Shown here piece by piece: positions 7,740 to 16,037 of a stretch of DNA of 63,469 bases. This stretch comes from Kiritimatiellia bacterium (GTDB lineage: Bacteria > Verrucomicrobiota > Kiritimatiellia > RFP12 > JAAYLN01): assembly GCA_017509565.1 (NCBI GenBank), contig JAFWPM010000057.1, positions 1 through 63,469 of the forward strand, given 5' to 3'. The notes under the pieces were generated by a model that was not told the DNA's origin, did not search any database, and saw only the letters and a program-made list of their open reading frames with translations. How positions within the stretch are numbered: position 1 is the first letter of the stretch; every line of letters begins with the position of its first letter. A program made the translations under genes and the position numbers.

Positions 7740-9838
7740 ACGAACGTTGGAAAACATTCGCGTGGGCCGCGGCCCTCTTCTACGCGATACTTGTGCTCTT
7801 CTCCTGGAGCGCGCTGACCCACCGCGCCATGCTCCAGACGGAGTCGATGCTCGACTACGCGATGCTCGACCTCGACGCGACGCTCAACGGCTCGATCGAC
7901 ACGATGCTCATGCACGCCGCCGATTCGATCACGGAGCAGCTGGGGCGGCCGCAGTCGCTTTCCCCGGAGGCGATCGCGCTCATCGCGAAGCAGCGCGACC
8001 TCGACGAAGTGAACGTCGTCGCGCGCGACGGCACCTTCCTGTCTTCCACCGACGCGCGCCTCGTCGGCCTCTGCATGGCCGACCGGCCGAAGTCCGCGGA
8101 GTTCTTGGTCCTCACAAACGGCGTCCGGCACGCGCTTTCGCACCACTTCCGCCCCGGCGCGCACAACCCCGACGTTCGCCGCAAGTACGTCGGCGTCGCC
8201 TTCCCGGGCGGCGACGGGCTGGTGCAGGTCGGCATCGACGAAGCTCGCGTCACGGGAATGTTCCCGTCGATAATGGGCTTCATCTTCGACGCCTGGCTCC
8301 TTGGCGAGAAGGGCTTCTTCCTCTGCGCCGACCTGGCCGACGGGCACCTCATCTCCAACCCGGCGCGCCATCGCGACGAGGCGAAGTTCCTTGCCGAAAC
8401 CGGCTACGACCCGGAGGCGCCTGGCGTCGTCGAAGACGGCCGCACAACCTTCAATGCGACGCTTTTCGGCGCGCCCCACGACTGCCGCGCGGTTGTATTC
8501 TGCGGGCACCGCGTGGTGGCGGCGCTCCCGCCTGGGGAATACTACTCGACGCGCACCTTCTATGTCGCGCTGATAGCGACCGTCCTAGGTCTCGTGACGC
8601 TGGCATTCGTGCTGCTCGTGCGGCGCATCGACATTGCGTCCGGGCGCCTGCAGGCCTTCTACGCCGCGGAGGACGAGCGTCGCGCCAAGGAGTTCGCCAT
8701 CGCCTCGACAATCCAGAACTCCGCGCTTCCGGGACCCATTCCGCCCGACGCCGCCTTTGCGCTCGCGGCGGCAATGCACCCGGCGCGCGAAGTCGGAGGC
8801 GACTTCTTCGACTACTTCCGGCTCGACGCCACGCACCTGGCCTTCCTTGTCGCCGACGTCTCCGGGAAGGGCGTCACCGCCGCGCTCTACATGATGACCT
8901 CCAAGACGCTCATAAAGGACAAGCTCGCGGCAGTCCGCGACCCGGCCGAGGCCCTCACGAAAGCCAATGCCGAACTCTGCGCGAACAATCCCGCCAACAT
9001 GTTCCTCACGGCGTGGGTCGGCGTGCTTGACCTGGAAACCGGTGTCGTGACCTACGCCAACGCGGGCCACAACCCGCCGGTGACGGTCGAAGGCCGGGAG
9101 GTCGATTTCGTGACGCCGAAGTCCGGACCAGTTCTCGCGTTCATGGACGGCGTGGTCTACAAGCCGTTCACACTGCGCCTTGCGCCCGGGGAGACGCTTT
9201 TCCTCTACACGGACGGCGTGACCGAGGCGCTCGACGCCTCCGGCGCGCTCTTTGGCGAGGACCGGCTGCATGAGGCCCTTGTGGCGGCGTCCGGCGCGGA
9301 ACCAGCCTCGATGTGCAGGATTGTGCGGGCCGCCGTGGCCGCCTTTGCGGAGGGAACGCCGCAGGCCGACGACATCACGGTGCTTGCGGTGCGCTACTCC
9401 GGCGCCGGGGAAGGCGGCGGCGAACGGCGCAGCTTCCCCGCGACGCAGGCGGGAGTGGCGGCGGCGAGCGATTTCCTGGACGAAGCCATTGCCGAAGCCG
9501 AAGCCAGGTCCCCTGGATTGGGGATACTTTCGCCGCCGCTCCACATAATCATCGACGAGATAGCGTCGAACATCGTCAAGCATTCCGGCGCGAAGGACTT
9601 CGGTTTGCGGATTGAGTGCCTGTCGGAACCGGCCGGCGCCAGACTGACCTTTTTCGATGCCGGCAAGCCGTTTGACCCGCTGGCCCATGCGGACCCCGAC
9701 CCGACGCTGCCAGTCACGGAGCGCCCGATTGGCGGACTGGGCATAATGATGGTCCGCAAGATGGCCGATTCCGTGGAATACAAGCGGGTCGACGACCGGA
9801 ACTGCCTCACCGTGACAAAACTTTGTCCGGAAATATAG
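7736..9838 (+). CDS. Membrane sensor fused to a PP2C/SpoIIE phosphatase and an RsbW-like HATPase serine kinase
   Basis: Two hydrophobic segments flank a ~250-aa extracytoplasmic region. PP2C motifs are EVGGDFFDY, VADVSGKGVTAAL, LYTDGVTEA and DDITVLAV. The C-terminus carries an N-box DEIASNIVKHS, DAGKPFDP and GGLGIMMVRK. Confidence 0.8.
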   Translation: MNERWKTFAWAAALFYAILVLFSWSALTHRAMLQTESMLDYAMLDLDATLNGSIDTMLMHAADSITEQLGRPQSLSPEAIALIAKQRDLDEVNVVARDGTFLSSTDARLVGLCMADRPKSAEFLVLTNGVRHALSHHFRPGAHNPDVRRKYVGVAFPGGDGLVQVGIDEARVTGMFPSIMGFIFDAWLLGEKGFFLCADLADGHLISNPARHRDEAKFLAETGYDPEAPGVVEDGRTTFNATLFGAPHDCRAVVFCGHRVVAALPPGEYYSTRTFYVALIATVLGLVTLAFVLLVRRIDIASGRLQAFYAAEDERRAKEFAIASTIQNSALPGPIPPDAAFALAAAMHPAREVGGDFFDYFRLDATHLAFLVADVSGKGVTAALYMMTSKTLIKDKLAAVRDPAEALTKANAELCANNPANMFLTAWVGVLDLETGVVTYANAGHNPPVTVEGREVDFVTPKSGPVLAFMDGVVYKPFTLRLAPGETLFLYTDGVTEALDASGALFGEDRLHEALVAASGAEPASMCRIVRAAVAAFAEGTPQADDITVLAVRYSGAGEGGGERRSFPATQAGVAAASDFLDEAIAEAEARSPGLGILSPPLHIIIDEIASNIVKHSGAKDFGLRIECLSEPAGARLTFFDAGKPFDPLAHADPDPTLPVTERPIGGLGIMMVRKMADSVEYKRVDDRNCLTVTKLCPEI

Positions 9839-9881
9839 CCGTGGCAAGGCCCTGTGAGGTTCAGCCCGGATGCCGCCAGCG

Positions 9882-11321
9882 CTAGGCGTTCCAGAGCCTG
9901 TGCTGGCGGCGTCCTTGCGCAATGAGCATTGACATGCCGTTCTCCACGCGGCATCCTGCGGAGGATGCGCGGCGGAGCAGGGGAGTCCGGGCCGGCTTGT
10001 AGATGAGGTCGTACACGAGTTCGTGGCCGGAGAAGCGGTATTCTGGAATGGGGTCGTCTGCGGGGTTTGACGAACCATTGCCGAGCGAGGTGCACTGGAC
10101 GATGAGGTCGAATGGCCCATTCCCGGCGATGGCGCCGATTGGAAGCGCCCTGAATCCGGAAAGGGCGGAGAGTTCGGCCGCGGCGGCGGCATTGCGGGCG
10201 TAGATGGCGCCGTCGGCCCCAAGGCGTGCGAGGGCGTAGGCCACGGCGCGCGCGGCGCCGCCGGAGCCAATGACCGCGGTTCGCGTTCCGGCAAGACTTT
10301 GGCGGCCGGCGAAGGCGGAGATGGCGTCGGAGAAGCCGTCGATGTCTGTGTTGTGGCCGACCCGGCGTCCATTTTCCCAGACGACGGTGTTGGCGGCGCC
10401 CACAGCCGCGGCCTCGGGGGAAATGTCGTCAAGCAGCGCCAGCAGTGACTGCTTGTGGGGCACAGTCACCGCCAGCCCGCGGAAGCCAAGCTCCTCGCAG
10501 AGCCCGATGGCCGGGCCTATTTCGCGGGACGGGATGGGGACCATGACGGCGTCGGTGCCGTCGCCATCGCAGTAGGCGCGGTGGATTTCGGGGCTTGAGG
10601 TAACGGCGAGCGGCCATCCCGTGACGGCGCGGAGCGAAGTGGCGGGGCCGGTTTTGCGCACCTGGTGGATGCGCGAGAGGCTCACGATGTCGATATGGCC
10701 TATGGCCCCCATGGAGGCGGTCGATTCGGGCGGCGAGGCGAAGGTCAGCATTGAGCCGAATGCGGCGGGAAGGATGCGCGTGACGGCGCCGGCCGGCCCC
10801 ATTGCGCAGAAAATCCGGTCGCGCGGTGGAAGGGCCGAGACGGCGCGGTGGAAGGCCGCGATGTCTGCGGGCGAATTTGCCTTGAAGGCAAGCTTGGGAA
10901 TTTCGTCTTCGGAGCGCAGAATGGAATCGATTGAGGCGGCGAGGGCGCCGTCGTAGCCCCGGAAGTCGTGGACGCTGCGGATGATGCGCGTCCCTGAGCG
11001 GCGGGCGAGGGCCTCAAGTCCGGGGACGGCGAAGTCGGATTCGAAATCGACGAAATCGAAGGCGGGCAGGGCCGCGGCGAACAATGGCTCCCGGCTGGCG
11101 TCTTCGCCGTCGAAGGCACCTCCGTCGCGGGTGCGGCGGAATGTCAGAATGGCCGGAATGCCGGCCTGGGCGGGAAAGTCGGCGATGGCGCCGGGATCCG
11201 GCGCAGCGAGTCGGTCCGCGCGCAGTTCAAGGAAGTCGGCTAGGGCGCCGTATTTGCGGGCAAGCGCCAGGTCCTCTGCGAGCGATGGCGCGGCAAGGGT
11301 CAGGCAGATGCGCTGTTTCAT
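9882..11321 (-). CDS. aroDE: Bifunctional type I 3-dehydroquinate dehydratase / shikimate 5-dehydrogenase
   Basis: N-terminal half has DHQase I motifs (LELRADRL, SVHDF, KLAFKA). C-terminal half is shikimate dehydrogenase-like (VTVPHKQ, GHNTDIDGF, VIGSGGAARAV). Start ATG 11321 forms an ATGA overlap with the upstream stop. The track ORF extension to 11561 was rejected. Confidence 0.85.
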   Translation of the reverse strand: MKQRICLTLAAPSLAEDLALARKYGALADFLELRADRLAAPDPGAIADFPAQAGIPAILTFRRTRDGGAFDGEDASREPLFAAALPAFDFVDFESDFAVPGLEALARRSGTRIIRSVHDFRGYDGALAASIDSILRSEDEIPKLAFKANSPADIAAFHRAVSALPPRDRIFCAMGPAGAVTRILPAAFGSMLTFASPPESTASMGAIGHIDIVSLSRIHQVRKTGPATSLRAVTGWPLAVTSSPEIHRAYCDGDGTDAVMVPIPSREIGPAIGLCEELGFRGLAVTVPHKQSLLALLDDISPEAAAVGAANTVVWENGRRVGHNTDIDGFSDAISAFAGRQSLAGTRTAVIGSGGAARAVAYALARLGADGAIYARNAAAAAELSALSGFRALPIGAIAGNGPFDLIVQCTSLGNGSSNPADDPIPEYRFSGHELVYDLIYKPARTPLLRRASSAGCRVENGMSMLIAQGRRQHRLWNA

Positions 11322-12712
11322 GCGATCTCCCCGATGTCGAGGGTCACGATGCGGACGTCGCCGAAGCCGCATGGCAGGGCGAAGGATATGCGGGATCCGG
11401 CGCGCTTTTTGTCGCGGCCCATAATCGGGACAAGCGATTCCAGGGGGAACTGCGGGGCGGAGACGGGAAGTCCGGCCTCGCGGAAGCGCCCGGCGAGGGC
11501 ATCTGGCCAGTTGGCGCGGGCGAGGCCAAGGCGGACGGCGAGCCTTGCCTCCTCGACGCACCCGATTGCCACGGCCTCGCCGTGCGAAAGTTGGTAGCCG
11601 CTTGCGGCCTCGACCGCGTGCCCGATGGTGTGGCCGCAGTTGAGGAGCATCCTGAGCCCCTTCTCCTCCCTGGGATCCTGGCGGACGATGCCGACCTTGA
11701 CTGAAAGGTTTTCGGCTATTTCGGCCGGTGTGGGGATGCCGGAGACGGAGTGGCGCAGCGAGCCGGAGATGGTCTCATGCTTTATCATCTCTGCCTGGCC
11801 CGAGGCGAGTTCGCGCGCGGGGAGCGTGGCGAGGTAGGAGGTGTCGATGATGACGAGGGAAGGGGAGTGGAAGGCGCCGACGAGGTTCTTCCCCTCCGGG
11901 AGGTCGAAGCCGGTCTTGCCGCCGGTGGAGGCGTCAACCATGGAAAGGAGTGTCGTGGGGATGTTGACCCAGCGGATGCCGCGCATCCAGGTCGCGGCGG
12001 CGAAGCCGGCCATGTCCCCGGTCACCCCGCCGCCGAAGGCGAGAATGGAGTCCTTGCGCCCGATTTGCGCCTCGCGGAAGGCCCCCCATATGGAGCTGAC
12101 GGTGTCGAGGCGCTTGAACTGCTCCCCGTTTGGGATGCCGAAGTGCGGGATGTCGGCAAGGGCGGCGTGGTGGATGCGCGCGACATTCGAGTCCGCGACC
12201 GCGAATTTGGCCATGCCGGCGGCGCCGCCGAGATTGCGGCCGACAACCACTAGGGAGTCCGGAAGGTCGAACGACATGGCGATGGAGGACTGGAACGAGC
12301 CGTAATGGGCGCGGCGTTCCTCGTACTTGTCGCCGAGGGGGCGGGAGGCGGGGTCGATGGCGATTCGCCGCGCCAGCTCCGCGGGTGGTGGCGGTTCCAG
12401 GAGCCATACTCGGCCATTGTCCCCGGCGAATGCGCGGTTGGACGCATCGAGAAGCGTCCCGCCGCCAAGCGAGATTACGGCCTGGGCGCCACCGAGGCCC
12501 TCTACGACGGCCCGGAGCGTTTCGGACTCCAGCCTGCGGAAGGCTGGTTCGCCGTCGGTCCTGAAAATCTCCGGAATCGGGCGGCCTGCGCGGCGGGCGA
12601 TTTCGGCGTCGAGGTCGATTGCCGGGAGGCGCAGCGCGGCGGCGAGGCGTGCGCCGAGGGTCGTCTTGCCGCATGCCGGCGGCCCGTAGAGGAAAATCGA
12701 AGAGTTGCTCAT
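11318..12712 (-). CDS. aroKB: Bifunctional shikimate kinase / 3-dehydroquinate synthase
   Basis: N-terminal P-loop FLYGPPACGKTTLG. C-terminal AroB motifs include GGGVTGDMAGFAAATWMRGI and NCGHTIGHA. ATG 12712 forms an ATGA overlap with the tyrA stop. An alternative ATG lies at 12727. Confidence 0.85.
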   Translation of the reverse strand: MSNSSIFLYGPPACGKTTLGARLAAALRLPAIDLDAEIARRAGRPIPEIFRTDGEPAFRRLESETLRAVVEGLGGAQAVISLGGGTLLDASNRAFAGDNGRVWLLEPPPPAELARRIAIDPASRPLGDKYEERRAHYGSFQSSIAMSFDLPDSLVVVGRNLGGAAGMAKFAVADSNVARIHHAALADIPHFGIPNGEQFKRLDTVSSIWGAFREAQIGRKDSILAFGGGVTGDMAGFAAATWMRGIRWVNIPTTLLSMVDASTGGKTGFDLPEGKNLVGAFHSPSLVIIDTSYLATLPARELASGQAEMIKHETISGSLRHSVSGIPTPAEIAENLSVKVGIVRQDPREEKGLRMLLNCGHTIGHAVEAASGYQLSHGEAVAIGCVEEARLAVRLGLARANWPDALAGRFREAGLPVSAPQFPLESLVPIMGRDKKRAGSRISFALPCGFGDVRIVTLDIGEIA

Positions 12713-13599
12713 TTCGGTACGGTCCATTCGTCGATGAAGTTCTCGGGCTTCCGCCTGGTATTCTCAATCTTCCGCCATTCGCGCGTCCCGCGCATTGGGC
12801 GTGAGTAGACCGCGACGGGGCCGGCGTTGACCTTGTCCTTGATCTTGCGGCCTTCGGCTAGCTGGCCCGCGACGGCGGCGGTGTCGTCGGCCGCGATTGC
12901 GTCGCGCATCGCCGACATCCTGGCGATGAAGCGGTCGATCACCGGGACTAGCGCCTGCCGGTTTTCGCTGAAAAGTTCCGACCATAGAGCGGGATCGGGG
13001 GCGCCTACGCGAATCATGTCGCGGAAGCTGCCTGCGGAGAATCCGTCGTAGCCAAGTGCGAGTTCGTCGCGCAGGTACGCTGAGGAGACAATGTGGCAGA
13101 GCTGGCTGGTGTAGGCGATTTTCGAGTCGTGCTCGGCGGCGTCGGCGATGACGATCTTCTTGAATCCCGCTTCGAGGAAGAGGTTGTTGAGGATGTCCAT
13201 CGTCTGGGATGGGACGCCCGTGCCGGGGACGAGGATCATCGAGGCGTTGCGGAAGAGGCCTGGGTCGGAGTTCCTGAAGCCCGCGACCTCCTTGCCGGCC
13301 ATCGGGTGGCCGCCGACGAAGAACCACTTCGCGCCGGTGGCCACCGGCGCGATGCGGTCCATCACGTATCCCTTCACGCCGCAGGTATCGACGACTGCCG
13401 CGCCCTCCTTGAACTCGCCGGCGTGCGCCTCAACCCATTCCACGGCGGTGGTGGGGTGGAGCGCCACAATGACAACGTCGGCACCGGAGACGTCAACGGG
13501 GTCGCCAATGTCGAAGCCGGAGACCTTGTGCCCCCTTTCCGAAAACACCTTAAAGAAGGAGCCGCCTATCAGCCCCAGACCTGCTATGGCAATCTTCAC
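12709..13599 (-). CDS. tyrA: Prephenate dehydrogenase
   Basis: Rossmann N-terminus VKIAIAGLGLIGGSF and PDH-type core. GTG 13599 is preceded by GGAG about 10 nt upstream and sits just after the pheA stop. The track start at 13626 is a TTG that overlaps pheA. Confidence 0.75.
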   Translation of the reverse strand: MKIAIAGLGLIGGSFFKVFSERGHKVSGFDIGDPVDVSGADVVIVALHPTTAVEWVEAHAGEFKEGAAVVDTCGVKGYVMDRIAPVATGAKWFFVGGHPMAGKEVAGFRNSDPGLFRNASMILVPGTGVPSQTMDILNNLFLEAGFKKIVIADAAEHDSKIAYTSQLCHIVSSAYLRDELALGYDGFSAGSFRDMIRVGAPDPALWSELFSENRQALVPVIDRFIARMSAMRDAIAADDTAAVAGQLAEGRKIKDKVNAGPVAVYSRPMRGTREWRKIENTRRKPENFIDEWTVPK

Positions 13600-13603
13600 A
13601 GTG

Positions 13604-14770
13604 TCAAATCTCCGCGTATGCGCCAAGGAAAGTAAAGTGCTCTATTTCCGGATCGAGAGCCAGTTCCGAAATCAGGCGCCTGACCTTCGGGTTGCCAGGA
13701 GTGGCCTCGAATTCGAAATTGAAGCGGAATTCGAAATCGCGTCCGGGAACGGGGCGGGATTCGAGTTTTGTGAGGTTTACGCCGATTGCCGAGAACTTCG
13801 CGAGAATGGCGCCGAGCGAACCGGGGCGGTGCGGCAGGCTCATCATGATTGAAATCTTGCGCGAGTCGGGGTATATCTCAAGGTTCTTGGATATGCAGAT
13901 GAAGCGCGTGAAGTTCGCGGGGGTGTTTGATATGTCCTCCGCGAGGATGTCGAGGCCGTAGACCTCGGCGCATTCGCGCGAGGCGATTGCGGCGAAGTCG
14001 TCGCGGCCGCTTTCGGCCACCATTCGCGCGGCCACGGCGGTGTTGATGGCCGGGGTCTGGCGGACGTCCTTCAGCGATTGCAGGCAGGCCGAGCATTGCT
14101 GGAGCGCCTGCGGGTGGCTGGTCACTTCCCGGATAGACTTGAGCGAGGCCCCCTTGCGCGCCAGCAGGACATGGGAGACTGGTATGCGCGTGGCGCGGAC
14201 GATGCTGAAGTTGTGGCGCGCCATCTGGTCGTAGACGGAAGTCACGGAACCGGCCGTCGAGTTCTCGATTGGAAGGACACCGTAGCGGCACATTCCCTTT
14301 TCAACGGCGTTGAACACATCCTCGAAGCCGTTGAAGAAGAGAATGACGGGGAACTTGAAAATCCGCGAGGCGGCTATCTGCGAGTAGGCGCCCTCGGTGC
14401 CCTGGCAGGCTACTGTCTCGCCGGATGGGAATATGGAGCCGGTGTCGGCGGCGGCCTTGTCCATCGCCATGGTGACGTCGCTCTCCCCGATTAGCAGCTC
14501 GCGCTGGAGCGCCTTTGACAGCCCGAAAAGGGTCGTGAAGAGAAGGGCGGCGCCGTCCTCGCGGTCCGGGCCCACCTTTTTGGCGATGCGGGCGAGTATC
14601 TCCCGTTCGCGGGCCGGATTTGAAATGGGGGAGCCGTCGGCCCTCTTCGCGTCGGCCACGTCGCGCGCGAGGTCGAGCCGCCTGTTGTAGAGTTCGGCAA
14701 TCTGGTCGTCGATGGCGTCCAGTTCGCGCCTTGTTTCTTCGATGTTTCTCATGGCTATGCAGTGTCTCAT
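13604..14770 (-). CDS. pheA: Chorismate mutase / prephenate dehydratase (P-protein)
   Basis: Chorismate mutase helix region ELDAIDDQIAELYNRRLDLA. PDT region VACQGTEGAYSQ. ACT region SLPHRPGSLGAILAKFSAIGVNLTKLESRP. An alternative start is ATG 14752. Confidence 0.85.
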   Translation of the reverse strand: MRHCIAMRNIEETRRELDAIDDQIAELYNRRLDLARDVADAKRADGSPISNPAREREILARIAKKVGPDREDGAALLFTTLFGLSKALQRELLIGESDVTMAMDKAAADTGSIFPSGETVACQGTEGAYSQIAASRIFKFPVILFFNGFEDVFNAVEKGMCRYGVLPIENSTAGSVTSVYDQMARHNFSIVRATRIPVSHVLLARKGASLKSIREVTSHPQALQQCSACLQSLKDVRQTPAINTAVAARMVAESGRDDFAAIASRECAEVYGLDILAEDISNTPANFTRFICISKNLEIYPDSRKISIMMSLPHRPGSLGAILAKFSAIGVNLTKLESRPVPGRDFEFRFNFEFEATPGNPKVRRLISELALDPEIEHFTFLGAYAEI

Positions 14771-14785
14771 GCGATGGTTGAGTGA

Positions 14786-15793
14786 CTAGCGGATTGCAAG
14801 CGGGCGCAGCTTGCGGACGAGTTCCATGGTCTCCGCGAACATCTCCGGCGTTTGGGACTGCGCGCCGTCGCACTTCGCGTGGGGCGGGTCGTTGTGCACT
14901 TCGATTATCAGGGCGTCGGCGCCAATGGCGGTGGCGGCGGCGGCGACTGGGTGCACGAGCTTGGCGACGCCCGTGGCGTGGGAGGGGTCCACGACGACCG
15001 GAAGGTGGGTCAGCCTGTGGAGGATTGGCACGACCGTGAGGTCGATTGTGTTGCGAGTCGCCGTCTCGAACGTCCGTATGCCGCGTTCGCAGAGCATCAC
15101 GTTGGGGTTGCCGGAGGCCATGATGTACTCCGCGCTCATCAGCAGTTCCTGAAGTGTGCCGCTGAGGCCGCGCTTGAGAAGGATCGGCTTCCGCGTGTGG
15201 TGGCCGACCTCCTTTAGCAGGTCGAAGTTCTGCATGTTGCGGGCGCCGATTTGGATGACGTCTACGTCGTTGAAAAGGTCGAGGTGGGCGGAGTTCATCA
15301 GCTCGGTGACGATCGGGAGCCCGGTCTCCCTCTTCGCGGCGATGAGCATCTTCAGGCCCTCGGCGCCGAGTCCCTGGAATGAGTATGGCGATGTCCTGGG
15401 CTTGAAGGCGCCGCCACGCAGGAGGGTCGCGCCGGCGGCCTTGACGGCCTTGGCGATGCCGATGACCTGTTCCTCGGACTCTACGCTGCACGGCCCGGCG
15501 ATGACCAGGAAGTGCCCGCCGCCGATTGTCGGGCCGGAGCAGTCCACTATGGTGTCTTCTGGATGGAACTTGCGGTTGGCGGCCTTGAAGGGGTCCTGTA
15601 TCCGCTGGACGGATTCGACGACGTCCAGCGCCGACACCAGGTCGATGTCCAGGTGCGACACATCGCCCACGCAGCCGATCAGCGTCTCCTGGGCGCCGAC
15701 TGAGACGTGCGGGTCGATCTTGTGGGCCTTGAGCCATGCGAGCAGGTTGTCCACCTGCCGTTTCTCGGCGTTCTTCTTGACCAGAATAATCAT
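14786..15793 (-). CDS. aroF: 3-deoxy-7-phosphoheptulonate (DAHP) synthase, KDO8PS-like class I-beta with an N-terminal regulatory domain
   Basis: Contains VIAGPCSVES, LRGGAFKPRTSPYSFQG and LLKRG. AAGGAAG Shine-Dalgarno 7 nt upstream of ATG 15793. Confidence 0.8.
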   Translation of the reverse strand: MIILVKKNAEKRQVDNLLAWLKAHKIDPHVSVGAQETLIGCVGDVSHLDIDLVSALDVVESVQRIQDPFKAANRKFHPEDTIVDCSGPTIGGGHFLVIAGPCSVESEEQVIGIAKAVKAAGATLLRGGAFKPRTSPYSFQGLGAEGLKMLIAAKRETGLPIVTELMNSAHLDLFNDVDVIQIGARNMQNFDLLKEVGHHTRKPILLKRGLSGTLQELLMSAEYIMASGNPNVMLCERGIRTFETATRNTIDLTVVPILHRLTHLPVVVDPSHATGVAKLVHPVAAAATAIGADALIIEVHNDPPHAKCDGAQSQTPEMFAETMELVRKLRPLAIR

Positions 15794-15831
15794 TGTGTTC
15801 TTCCTTGGTTGCTGTGGCCCTGCCGATACGG

Positions 15832-15856
15832 AAAACCCCGCCTCGGCCGGGCGGGG
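15832..15856 (-). terminator. Intrinsic terminator / attenuator hairpin in the aroF leader
   Basis: Minus strand reads AAACCCCGCC-CGGCCGA-GGCGGGG-UUUUCC: a 7-bp all-GC/CG stem, 7-nt loop and U4 tract. It lies about 38 nt upstream of the aroF ATG and upstream of its RBS. Confidence 0.7.
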
Positions 15857-15895
15857 TTTCGGTTTGCCAGTTGTTCGTCCTCAATTGTGAACACG

Positions 15896-15964
15896 CTACG
15901 GCAACCTTGCCCGGCCCATAAGCCCGGTAAAGTAAAAGTAAAAGCCGTAGAAGTAGCGGTTCAT
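15896..15964 (-). CDS. 22-aa aromatic-rich leader peptide MNRYFYGFYFYFTGLMGRARLP
   Basis: Hand-translated from the minus strand. ATG at 15964, GGAAAG 9 nt upstream, TAG at 15898-15896. Residues 4-12 contain 4 Tyr and 4 Phe. Located upstream of the terminator and the Phe/Tyr biosynthesis operon. Too short to appear in the ORF track. Confidence 0.65.
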   Translation of the reverse strand: MNRYFYGFYFYFTGLMGRARLP

Positions 15965-15994
15965 GACTGTGGACTTTCCAAAATTACGGCAAAT

Positions 15995-16023
15995 ATTCTA
16001 CCACAATGCGCAATTCAGGACAA
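15995..16023 (-). promoter_or_regulatory. Sigma70-like promoter candidate TTGTCC-17 nt-TAGAAT for the aro operon leader
   Basis: Minus-strand -35 at 16023-16018 and -10 at 16000-15995, about 30 nt upstream of the leader ATG. Sequence match only. Confidence 0.4.
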
Positions 16024-16037
16024 ATGTTTTTTTGCGC

